The position numbers and the translations under genes are program-made. Below the pieces are notes generated by a model. That model saw only the letters and a program-made list of their open reading frames with translations, did no database searches and had not been told where the DNA came from. A stretch of 64,000 nucleotides of DNA from Malacoraja senta (taxonomy: Eukaryota): positions 310,001 to 374,000 of the forward strand of contig JAXLNO010000350.1 of the NCBI GenBank assembly GCA_038087875.1, given 5' to 3'. Positions 43,001-55,000 of this stretch are shown here, piece after piece. The stretch's first letter is position 1; each line of letters opens with the position of its first letter.

Positions 43001-46000
43001 GGGGCATGTTGGCTGGTGTGGGCAATTTGGGCTGAAGGGCCTGTTTCCGTGACACTGGGACTAGTGTAGGGGCATGTTGGCCGGTGTGGGCAAGTTGGGC
43101 TGAAGGGCCTGTTTCCGTGACTCTGGGACTAGTGTAGATGGGGCATGTTGGCCGGTGTGGTCAAGTTGGGCTGAAGGGCCTGTTTCCGTGACTCTGGGAC
43201 TAGTGTAGCTGGGGCATGTTGGCCGGTGTGGGCAAGTTGGGCTGAAGGGCCTGTTTCCGTGACTCTGGGACTAGTGTAGGGGCATGTTGGCTGTGTGGGC
43301 AATTTGGGCTGAAGGGCCTGTTTCCGTGACTCTGGGACTAGTGTAGATGGGGCATGTTGGCCGGTGTGGGCAAGTTGGGCTGAAGGGCCTGTTTCCGTGA
43401 CTCTGGGACTAGTGTAGGGGCATGTTGGCCGGTGTGGGCAAGTTGGGCTGAAGGGCCTGTTTCCGTGACTGGGACTAGTGTAGATGGGGCATGATGGCTG
43501 GTGTGGGCAAGTTGGGCTGAAGGAAGGGCCTGTTTCCGTGAGTCTGGGACTAGTGTAGATGAGGCATGTTGGCCGGTTGTGGGCAAGTTGGGATGAAGGA
43601 AGGGCCGGTTTCCGTGACTCTGGGACTAGTGTAGATTGGGCATGTTGGCCGGTGTGGGCAAGTTGGGCTGAAGGGCCTGTTTCCGTGACTCTGGGACTAG
43701 TGTAGGGGCATGTTGGCTGGTGTGGGCAATTTGGGCTGAAGGGCCTGTTTCCGTGACTCTGGGACTAGTGTAGGGGCATGTTGGCCGGTGTGGGCAATTT
43801 GGGCTGAAGGGCCTGTTTCCGTGACTCTGGGGACTAGTGTAGATGAGGCATGTTGGCCGGTGTGGGCAGGTTGGGCTGAAGGGCCTGTTTCCGTGACTCT
43901 GGGACTAGTGTAGATGGGGCATGTTGGTCGGTGTGGGCAAGTTGGGCTGAAGGGCATGTTTCCGTGACTCTGGGACTAGTGTAGGGGCATGCTGGCTGGT
44001 GTGGGCAATTTGGGCTGAAGGGCCTGTTTCCGTGACTCTGGGACTAGTGTAGGGGGCATGTTGGCCGGTGTGGGCAATTTGGGCTGACGGGCCTGTTTCC
44101 GTGACTCTGGGACTAGTGTAGATGGGGCATGTTGGCCGGTGTGGGCAAGTTGGGCTGAAGGGCCTGTTTCCGTGACTGTGGGACTAGTGTAGGGGCATGT
44201 TGGCTGGTGTGGGCAATTTGGGCTGAAGGGCTTGTTTCCGTGACTCTGGGACTAGTGTAGGGGCATGTTGGCTGGTGTGGGCAATTTGGCCTGAAGGGCC
44301 TGTTTCCGTGACTCTGGGACTAGTGTAGGGGCATGTTGGCCGGTGTCGGCAAGTTGGGCTGAAGGGCCTGTTTCCGTGACTTAGATGGGGCATGTTGGTC
44401 GGTGTGGGCAAGTTGGGCTGAAGGGCCTGTTTCCGTGACTCTAGGACTAGTGTAGGGGCATGTTGGCTGGTGTGGGCAATTTGGGCTGAAGGGCCTGTTT
44501 CTGTGACTGTGGGACTAGTGTAGGGCATGTTGGGTGGTGTGGGCAATTTGGGCTGAAGGGCCTGTTTCCGTGACTCTGGGACTAGTGTAGATGGGGCATG
44601 TTGGCCGGTGTGGGCAAGTTGGGCTGAAGGAAGCGCCTGTTTCCGTGACTCTGGGACTAGTGTAGATGGGGCATGTTGGCTGGTGTGGGCAAGTAGGGCT
44701 GAAGGGCCTGTTTCCGTGACTCTGGGACAAGTGTAGATGGGGCATGTTGGCCGGTGTGGGCAAGTTGGGCTGAAGGGCCTGTTTCCGTGAGTGTGGGACT
44801 AGTGTAGGGGCATGTTGGCTGGTGTGGGCAATTTGGGCTGAAGGGCTTGTTTCCGTGACTCTGGGACTAGTGTAGGGGCATGTTGGCTGGTGTGCGCAAT
44901 TTGGGCTGAAGGGCCTGTTTCCGTGACTAGTGTAGGGGCATGTTGGCCGGTGTGGGCAAGTTGGGCTGAAGGGCCTGTTTCCGTGACTCGGGGACTAGTG
45001 TAGATGGGGCATGTTGGCCGGTGTTGGCAAGTTGGGCTGAAGGAAGGGCCTGTTTCCGTGACTCTGGGACTAGTGTAGATGGGGCATGTTGGCCGGTGTG
45101 GGCAAGTTGGCTGAAGGGCCTGCTTCCGTGACTCTGGGACTAGTGTAGATGGGGCATGTTGGCTGTTGTGGGCAAGTTGGGCTGAAGGGCCTGTTTCCGT
45201 GACTCTGGGACTGGTGTAGATGGGGCATGTTGGCCGGTGTTGGCAAGTTGGGCTGAAGGAAGGGCCTGTTTCCGTGACTCTGAGACTAGTGTAGATGGGG
45301 CAAGTTGGGCTGAAGGGCCTGTTTCCGTGACTCTGGGACGTGTAGGGGCATGTTGGCTGCTGTGGGCAAGTTGGGCTGAAGGAAGGGCCGGTTTCCGTGA
45401 CTCTGGGACTAGTGTAGATGGGGCAGGTTGGTCGGTGTGGGCAAGTTGGGCTGAAGGAAGGGCCTGTTTCCGTGACTCTGGGACTAGTGTAGATGGGGCA
45501 TGTTGGCCGGTGTGGGCAAGTTGGGCTGAAGGAAGGGGCCGGTTTCCGTGACTCTGGGACTAGTGTAGGGGCATGTTGGCCGGTGTGAGCAAGTTGGGCT
45601 GAAGGGCCTGTTTCCGTGACTCTGGGACTAGTGTAGATGGGGCATGTTGGCCGGTGTGGGCAAGTTGGGCTGAAGGAAGGGCCTCTTTCCGTGACTCTGG
45701 GACTAGTGTAGATGGGGCATGTTGGCCGGTGTGGGCAAGTTGGGCTGAAGGAAGGGCCTCTTTCCGTGACTCTGGGACTAGTGTAGATGGGGCATGTTGG
45801 CCGGTGTGGGCAAGTTGGGCTGAAGGAAGGGCCTGTTTCCGTGACTCTGTGACTAGTGTAGGGGCATGTTGGCTGGTGTGGGCAATTTGGGCTGACGGGC
45901 CTGTTTCCGTGACTCTGGGACTAGTGTAGGGGCATGTTGGCTGGTGTGGGCAATTTGGGCTGAAGGGCCTGTTTCCGTGACACTGGGACTAGTGTAGGGG

Positions 46001-49000
46001 CATGTTGGCCGGTGTGGGCAAGTTGGGCTGAAGGGCCTGTTTCCGTGACTCTGGGACTAGTGTAGATGGGGCATGTTGGCCGGTGTGGTCAAGTTGGGCT
46101 GAAGGGCCTGTTTCCGTGACTCTGGGACTAGTGTAGCTGGGGCATGTTGGCCGGTGTGGGCAAGTTGGGCTGAAGGGCCTGTTTCCGTGACTCTGGGACT
46201 AGTGTAGGGGCATGTTGGCTGTGTGGGCAATTTTGGGCTGAAGGGCCTGTTTCCGTGACTCTGGGACTAGTGTAGATGGGGCATGTTGGCCGGTGTGGGC
46301 AAGTTGGGCTGAAGGGCCTGTTTCCGTGACTCTGGGACTAGTGTAGGGGCATGTTGGCCGGTGTGGGCAAGTTGGGCTGAAGGGCCTGTTTCCGTGACTG
46401 GGACTAGTGTAGATGGGGCATGATGGCTGGTGTGGGCAAGTTGGGCTGAAGGAAGGGCCTGTTTCCGTGAGTCTGGGACTAGTGTAGATGAGGCATGTTG
46501 GCCGGTTGTGGGCAAGTTGGGATGAAGGAAGGGCCGGTTTCCGTGACTCTGGGACTAGTGTAGATTGGGCATGTTGGCCGGTGTGGGCAAGTTGGGCTGA
46601 AGGGCCTGTTTCCGTGACTCTGGGACTAGTGTAGGGGCATGTTGGCTGGTGTGGGCAATTTGGGCTGAAGGGCCTGTTTCCGTGACTCTGGGACTAGTGT
46701 AGGGGCATGTTGGCCGGTGTGGGCAATTTGGGCTGAAGGGCCTGTTTCCGTGACTCTGGGACTAGTGTAGATGAGGCATGTTGGCCGGTGTGGGCAGGTT
46801 GGGCTGAAGGGCCTGTTTCCGTGACTCTGGGACTAGTGTAGATGGGGCATGTTGGTCGGTGTGGGCAAGTTGGGCTGAAGGGCATGTTTCCGTGACTCTG
46901 GGACTAGTGTAGGGGCATGCTGGCTGGTGTGGGCAATTTGGGCTGAAGGGCCTGTTTCCGTGACTCTGGGACTAGTGTAGGGGCAGTTGGCCGGTGTGGG
47001 CAATTTGGGCTGACGGGCCTGTTTCCGTGACTCTGGGACTAGTGTAGATGGGGCATGTTGGCCGGTGTGGGCAAGTTGGGCTGAAGGGCCTGTTTCCGTG
47101 ACTGTGGGACTAGTGTAGGGGCATGTTGGCTGGTGTGGGCAATTTGGGCTGAAGGGCTTGTTTCCGTGACTCTGGGACTAGTGTAGGGGCATGTTGGCTG
47201 GTGTGGGCAATTTGGCCTGAAGGGCCTGTTTCCGTGACTCTGGGACTAGTGTAGGGGCATGTTGGCCGGTGTCGGCAAGTTGGGCTGAAGGGCCTGTTTC
47301 CGTGACTTAGATGGGGCATGTTGGTCGGTGGTGGGCAAGTTGGGCTGAAGGGCCTGTTTCCGTGACTCTAGGACTAGTGTAGGGGCATGTTGGCTGGTGT
47401 GGGCAATTTGGGCTGAAGGGCCTGTTTCTGTGACTGTGGGACTAGTGTAGGGGCATGTTGGGTGGTGTGGGCAATTTGGGCTGAAGGGCCTGTTTCCGTG
47501 ACTCTGGGACTAGTGTAGATGGGGCATGTTGGCCGGTGTGGGCAAGTTGGGCTGAAGGAAGCGCCTGTTTCCGTGACTCTGGGACTAGTGTAGATGGGGC
47601 ATGTTGGCTGGTGTGGGCAAGTAGGGCTGAAGGGCCTGTTTCCGTGACTCTGGGACAAGTGTAGATGGGGCATGTTGGCCGGTGTGGGCAAGTTGGGCTG
47701 AAGGGCCTGTTTCCGTGAGTGTGGGACTAGTGTAGGGGCATGTTGGCTGGTGTGGGCAATTTGGGCTGAAGGGCTTGTTTCCGTGACTCTGGGACTAGTG
47801 TAGGGGCATGTTGGCTGGTGTGCGCAATTTGGGCTGAAGGGCCTGTTTCCGTGACTAGTGTAGGGGCATGTTGGCCGGTGTGGGCAAGTTGGGCTGAAGG
47901 GCCTGTTTCCGTGACTCGGGGACTAGTGTAGATGGGGCATGTTGGCCGGTGTTGGCAAGTTGGGCTGAAGGAAGGGCCTGTTTCCGTGACTCTGGGACTA
48001 GTGTAGATGGGGCATGTTGGCCGGTGTGGGCAAGTTGGGCTGAAGGGCCTGCTTCCGTGACTCTGGACTAGTGTAGATGGGGCATGTTGGCTGTTGTGGG
48101 CAAGTTGGGCTGAAGGCCTGTTTCCGTGACTCTGGGACTGGTGTAGATGGGGCATGTTGGCCGGTGTTGGCAAGTTGGGCTGAAGGAAGGGCCTCTGTTT
48201 CCGTGACTCTGAGACTAGTGTAGATGGGGCAAGTTGGGCTGAAGGGCCTGTTTCCGTGACTCTGGGACGTGTAGGGGCATGTTGGCTGCTGTGGGCAAGT
48301 TGGGCTGAAGGAAGGGCCGGTTTCCGTGACTCTGGGACTAGTGTAGATGGGGCATGTTGGTCGGTGTGGGCAAGTTGGGCTGAAGGAAGGGCCTGTTTCC
48401 GTGACTCTGGGACTAGTGTAGATGGGGCATGTTGGCCGGTGTGGGCAAGTTGGGCTGAAGGAAGGGCCGGTTTCCGTGACTCTGGGACTAGTGTAGGGGC
48501 ATGTTGGCCGGTGTGAGCAAGTTGGGCTGAAGGGCCTGTTTCCGTGACTCTGGGACTAGTGTAGATGAGGCATGTTGGCCGGTGTGGGCAAGTTGGGCTG
48601 AAGGAAGGGCCTCTTTCCGTGACTCTGGGACTAGTGTAGATGGGGCATGTTGGCCGGTGTGGGCAAGTTGGGCTGAAGGAAGGGCCTGTTTCCGTGACTC
48701 TGTGACTAGTGTAGATGGGGCATGTTGGCTGGTGTGGGCAATTTGGGCTGAAGGGCCTGTTTCCGTGACTCTGGGACTAGTGTAGATGGGGCATGTTGGT
48801 CGGTGTGGGCAAGTTGGGCTGAAGGGCCTGTTTCCGTGACTCTAGGACTAGTGTAGGGGCATGTTGGCTGGTGTGGGCAATTTGGGCTGAAGGGCCTGTT
48901 TCCGTGACTGTGGGACTAGTGTAGGGGCATGTTGGCTGGTGTGGGCAAGTTGGGCTGAAGGGCCTGTTTCCGTGACTCTAGGACTAGTGTAGATGGGGCA

Positions 49001-52000
49001 TGTTGGCCGGTGTGGGCAAGTTGGGCTGAAGGAAGGGCCTGTTTCCGTGACTCTGGGACTAGTGTAGATGGGGCATGTTGGTCGGTGTGGGCAAGTTAGG
49101 CTGAAGGGCCTGTTTCCGTGACTCTGGGACTAGTGTAGGGGCATGCTGGCTGGTGTGGGCAATTTGGGCTGAAGGGCCTGTTTCCGTGACTCTGGGACTA
49201 GTGTAGGGGCATGTTGGCCGGTGTGGGCAATTTGGGCTGACGGGCCTGTTTCCGTGACTCTGGGACTAGTGTAGATGGGGCATGTTGGCCGGTGTGGGCA
49301 AGTTGGGCTGAAGGGCCTGTTTCCGTGACTCTGGGACTAGTGTAGATGGGGCATGTTGGCCGGTGTGGGCAATTTGGGCTGAAGGGCCTGTTTCCGTGAC
49401 TGGGACTAGTGTAGATGGGGCATGTTGGCTGGTGTGGGCAAGCTGGGCTGAAGAGCCTGTTTCCGTGACTCTGGGACTAGTGTAGGGGCATGTTGGCCGG
49501 TGTGGGCAATTTGGGCTGACGGGCCTGTTTCCGTGACTCTGGGACTAGTGTAGATGGGGCATGTTGGCCGGTGTGGGCAAGTTGGGCTGAAGGGCCTGTT
49601 TCCGTGACTCTGGGACTAGTGTAGGGGCATGTTGGCTGTGTGGGCAATTTGGGCTGAAGGGCCTGTTTCCGTGACTCTGGGACTAGTGTAGATGGGGCAT
49701 GTTGGCCGGTGTGGGCAAGTTGGGCTGAAGGAAGGGCCTGTTTCCGTGACTCTGGGACTAGTGTAGATGGGGCATGTTGGTCGGTGTGGGCAAGTTGGGC
49801 TGAAGGGCCTGTTTCCGTGACTCTGGGACTAGTGTAGGGGCATGCTGGCTGGTATGGGCAATTTGGGCTGAAGGGCCTGTTTCCGTGACTCTGGGACTAG
49901 TGTAGGGGCATGTTGGCCGGTGTGGGCAATTTGGGCTGACGGGCCTGTTTCCGTGACTCTGGGACTAGTGTAGATGGGGCATGTTGGCCGGTGTGGGCAA
50001 GTTGGGCTGAAGGGCCTGTTTCCGTGACTCTGGGACTAGTGTAGATGGGGCATGTTGGCTGGTGTGGGCAATTTGGGCTGAAGGGCCTGTTTCCGTGACT
50101 GGGACTAGTGTAGATGGGGCATGTTGGCTGGTGTGGGCAAGCTGGGCTGAAGGGCCTGTTTCCGTGACTCAAGGACTAGTGTAGGGGCATGTTGGCCGGT
50201 GTGGGCAATTTGGGCTGATGGGCCTGTTTCCGTGACTCTGGGACTAGTGTAGATGGGGCATGTTGGCCGGTGTGGGCAAGTTGGGCTGAAGGGCCTGTTT
50301 CCATGACTCTGGGACTAGTGTAGATGGGGCATGTTGGCCGGTGTGGGCAATTTGGGCTGAAGGGCCTGTTTCCGTGACTGGGACTAGTGTAGATGGGGCA
50401 TGTTGGCTGGTGTGGGCAAGCTGGGCTGAAGGAAGGGCCTGTTTCCGTGACTCTGGGACTAGTGTAGCTGGGGCATGTTGGCCGGTGTGGGCAAGTTGGG
50501 CTGAAGGGCCTGCTTCCGTGACTCTGGGACTAGTGTAGATGGGGCATGTTGGCTGGTGTGGGCAAGTTGGGCTGAAGGGCCTGTTTCCGTGACTCTGGGA
50601 CTAGTGTAGATGCGGCATGTTGGCCGGTGTTGGCAAGTTGGGCTGAAGGAAGGGCCTGTTTCCGTGACTCTGGGACTAGTGTAGATGGGGCATGTTGGTC
50701 GGTGTGGGCAAGTTGGGCTGATGGGCCTGTTTCCGTGACTCTGGGACGTGTAGGGGCATGTTGGCTGGTGTGGGCAATTTGGGCTGAAGGGCCTGTTTCC
50801 GTGACTCTGGGACTAGTGTAGATGGGGCATGTTGGTCGGTGTGGGCAAGTTGGGCTGAAGGAAGGGCCTGTTTCCGTGACTCTGGGACTAGTGTAGGTGG
50901 GGCATGTTGGCCGGTGTGGGCAAGTTGGGCTGAAGGAAGGGCCGGTTTCCGTGACTCTGGGACTAGTGTAGATGGGGCATGGTGGCCGGTGTGGGCAAGT
51001 TGGGCTGAAGGAAGGGCCTCTTTCCGTGACTCTGGGACTAGTGTAAATGGGGCATGTTGGCCAGTGTGGGCATGTTGGGCTGAAGGAAGGGCCTGTTTCC
51101 GTGACTAGTGTAGATGGGGCATGTTGGCTGGTGTGGGCAAGTTGGGCTGAAGGGCCTGTTTCCGTGGCTGTGGGACTAGTGTAGGGGCATGTTGGCTGGT
51201 GTTGGCAATTTGGCTGAAGGGCCTGTTTCCGTGACTGGGACTAGTGTAGATGGGGCATGTTGGCTGGTGTGGGCAAGCTGGGCTGAAGGGCCTGTTTCCG
51301 TGACTCTGGGACTAGTGTAGGGGCATGTTGGCCGGTGTGGGCAAGTTGGGCTGAAGGGCCTGTTTCCGTGACTCTGGGACTAGTGTAGGGGCATGCTGGC
51401 TGGTGTGGGCAATTTGGGCTGAAGGGCCTGTTTCCGTGACTCTGGGACTAGTGTAGGGGCATGTTGGCCGGTGTGGGCAATTTGGGCTGACGGGCCTGTT
51501 TCCGTGACTCTGGGACTAGTGTAGATGGGGCATGTTGGCCGGTGTGGGCAAGTTGGGCTGAAGGGCCTGTTTCCGTGACTCTGGGACTAGTGTAGATGGG
51601 GCATGTTGGTCAGTGTGGGCAAGTTGGGCTGAAGGGCCTGTTTCCGTGACTCTGGGACGTGTAGGGGCATGTTGGCTGGTGTGGGCAATTTGGGCTGAAG
51701 GGCCTGTTTCCGTGACTCTGGGACTAGTGTAGATGGGGCATGTTGGTCGGTGTGGGCAAGTTGGGCTGAAGGAAGGGCCTGTTTCCGTGACTCTGGGACT
51801 AGTGTAGGTGGGGCATGTTGGCCGGTGTGGGCAAGTTGGGCTGAAGGAAGGGCCGGTTTCCGTGACTCTGGGACTAGTGTAGATGGGGCATGGTGGCCGG
51901 TGTGGGCAAGTTGGGCTGAAGGAAGGGCCTCTTTCCGTGACTCTGGGACTAGTGTAGATGGGGCATGTTGGCCAGTGTGGGCATGTTGGGCTGAAGGAAG

Positions 52001-55000
52001 GGCCTGTTTCCGTGACTAGTGTAGATGGGGCATGTTGGCTGGTGTGGGCAAGTTGTGCTGAAGGGCCTGTTTCCGTGGCTGTGGGACTAGTGTAGGGGCA
52101 TGTTGGCTGGTGTGGGCAATTTGGGCTGAAGCGCCTGTTTCCGTGACTCTGGGACTAGTGTAGGGGCATGTTGGCTGGTGTGGGCAATTTGGGCTGAAGG
52201 GCCTGTTTCCGTGACACTGGGACTAGTGTAGGGGCATGTTGGCCGGTGTGGGCAATTTGGGCTGAAGGGCCTGTTTCCGTGACTCTGGGACTAGTGTAGA
52301 TGGGGCATGTTGGCCGGTGTGGACAAGTTGGGCTGAAGGGCCTGTTTCTGTGACTCTGGGACTAGTGTAGATGGGGCATGTTGGCCGGTGTGGGCAAGTT
52401 GGGCTGAAGGGCCTGTTTCCGTGACTCTGGGACTAGTGTAGATGGGGCATGTTGGCTGGTGTGGGCAATTTGGGCTGAAGGGCCTGTTTCGGTGACTCTG
52501 GGACTAGTGTAGGGGCATGTTGGCTGGTGTGGGCCATTTGGGCTGAAGGGCCTGTTTCCGTGACTCTGGGACTAGTGTAGGGGCATGTTGGCCGGTGTGG
52601 GCAAGTTGGGCTGAAGGAAGGGCCTGTTTCCGTGACTCTGGGACTAGTGTAGATGGGGCATGTTGGCCGGTGTGGGCACGTTGGGGTGAAGGACCTGTTT
52701 CCGTGACCCTGGGACTAGTGTAGATGCGGCATGTTGGCCGGTGTGGGCAAGTTGGGCTGAAGGGCCTGTTTCCGTGACTCTGGGACTAGTGTAGATGGGG
52801 CATGTTGGCCAGTGTGGGCAAGTTAGGCTGAAGGGCCAGTTCCGTGACTCTGGGACTAGTGTAGATGGGGCATGTAGGCTGGTGTGGGCAAGTTGGGCTG
52901 AAGGAAGGGCCTGATTCCGTGACTCTGGGACTAGTGTAGATGGGGCATGTTGGTCGGTGTGGGCAAGTTGGGATGAAGGGCCTGTTTCCGTGACTCTGGG
53001 ACTTGTGTAGATGGGGCATGTTGGCCGGTGTGGGCAAGTTGGGCAGAAGGGCCTGTTTCTGTGACTCTGGGACTAGTGTAGATGGCGCATGTTGGCCGGT
53101 GTGGGCAAGTTGGGCTGAAGGGGCCTGTTTCCGTGCCTCTGGGATTAGTGTAGGTGGGGCATGTTGACCGGTGTGGGCAAGTTGGGCTGATGGGCCTGGT
53201 TCCGTGACTCTGGGACTAGTGTAGGTGGGGCATGTTGACCGGTGTGGGCAAGTTGGGCTGAAGGAAGGGCCTGTTTCCGTAACTCTGGGACTAGTGTAGA
53301 TGGGGCATGTTGGCCGGTGTTGGGCAAGTTGGGATGAAGGAAGGGCCTGTTTCCGTCACTCTGGGACTAGTGTAGATGGGGTATGTTGGCCGGTGTGGGC
53401 AAGTTGGGCTGAAGGAAGGCCTGTTTCCGTGACTCTGCGACTAGTGTAGATGGGGCATGGTTGGCGTGGTGTGGCAATATGGGCTGAAGGGCCTGTTTCC
53501 GTGACTCTGGGACTAGTGTAGATGGGGCATGTTGGTCGGTGTGGGCAAGTTGGGCTGAAGGGCCTGTTTCCGTGACTCTGGGACTAGTGTAGGGGCATGT
53601 TGGCTGGTGTGGGCAATTTGGGGCTGAAGGGCCTGTTTCCGTGACTCTGGGACTAGTGTAGATGGGCATGTTGGCCGGTGTGGGCAAGTTGGGCTGAAGG
53701 GCCTGTTTCCGTGACTCTGGAACTAGTGTAGATGGGGCGTGTTGGCCGGTGTGGGCAAGTTGGGCTGAAGGAAGGTGCCTGTTTCCGTGACTCTGGACTA
53801 GTGTAGATGGGGCATGTTGGCTGGTGTGGGGCAATTTGGGCTGAAGGGCCTGTTTCCGTGAGTCTGGGACTAGTGTAGGGGCATGTTGGCCGGTGTGGGC
53901 AATTTGGGCTGAAGGGCCTGTTTCCGTGACTCTGGGACTAGTGTAGATGGGGCATGTTGGCCGGTGTGGGCAAGTTGGGCTGAAGGAAGGGCCTCTTTCC
54001 ATGACTCTGGGACTAGTGTAGATGGGGCATGTTGTTCGGTGTGGGCAAGTTGGGCCTGAAGGAAGGGCCTGTTTCCGTGACTCTGGGACTAGTGTAGGAT
54101 GGGGCATGTTTGGCTGGTGTGGGCAAGTTGGGCTGAAGGAAGGGCCTGTTTCCGTGACTCTGGGACTAGTGTAGATGGGGCATTTTGGCTGGTGTGGGGC
54201 AAGTTGGGCTGAAGGGCCTGTTTCCGTGACTCTGCGACTTGTGTAGATGGGGCATGTTGGCTGGCGTGGGCAAGTTGGGCTGAAGGAAGGGCCTGTTTCC
54301 GTGACGCTGGGCCTGTGTAGATGGGGCTTGTTGGTCGGTGTGGGCAAGTTGGGCTGAAGGAAGGGCCTGTTTCCGTGACTCTGGGACTAGTGTAGATGGG
54401 GCATGTTGGTCGGTGTGGGCAAGTTGGGCTGAAGGAAGGGCTGTTTCCGTGACTATGGGACTAGTGTAGATGGGGCATGTTGGCCGGTATGGGCAAGTTG
54501 GGCTGAAGGGCCTGTTTCCGTGACTCTGGGACTAGTGTAGATGGGGCATGTTGGCCGGTGTGGGCAAGTTGGGCTGAAGGAAGGGCCTGTTTCCGTGACT
54601 ATGTGACTAGTGTAGATGGGGCATGTTGGCCGGTGTGGACAAGTTGGGCTGAAGGGCCTGTTTCCGTGACTCTGGGACTAGTGGTAGATGGGGCATGTTG
54701 GCCGGTGTGGGCAAGTTGGGCTGAAGGGCCTGTTTCCCGTGACTCTGGGACTAGTGTAGATGGGGCATGTTGGCTGGTGTGGGCAATATGGGCTGAAGGG
54801 CCTGTTTCGGTGACTCTGGGACTAGTGTAGGGGCATGTTGGCTGGTGTGGGCAATTTGGGCTGAAGGGCCTGTTTCCGTGACTCTGGGACTAGTGTAGAT
54901 GGGGCATGTTGGCCGGTGTGGGCAAGTTGGGCTGAAGGGCCTGTTTCCGTGACTCTGGAACTAGTGTAGATGGGGCGTGTTGGCCGGTGTGGGCAAGTTG

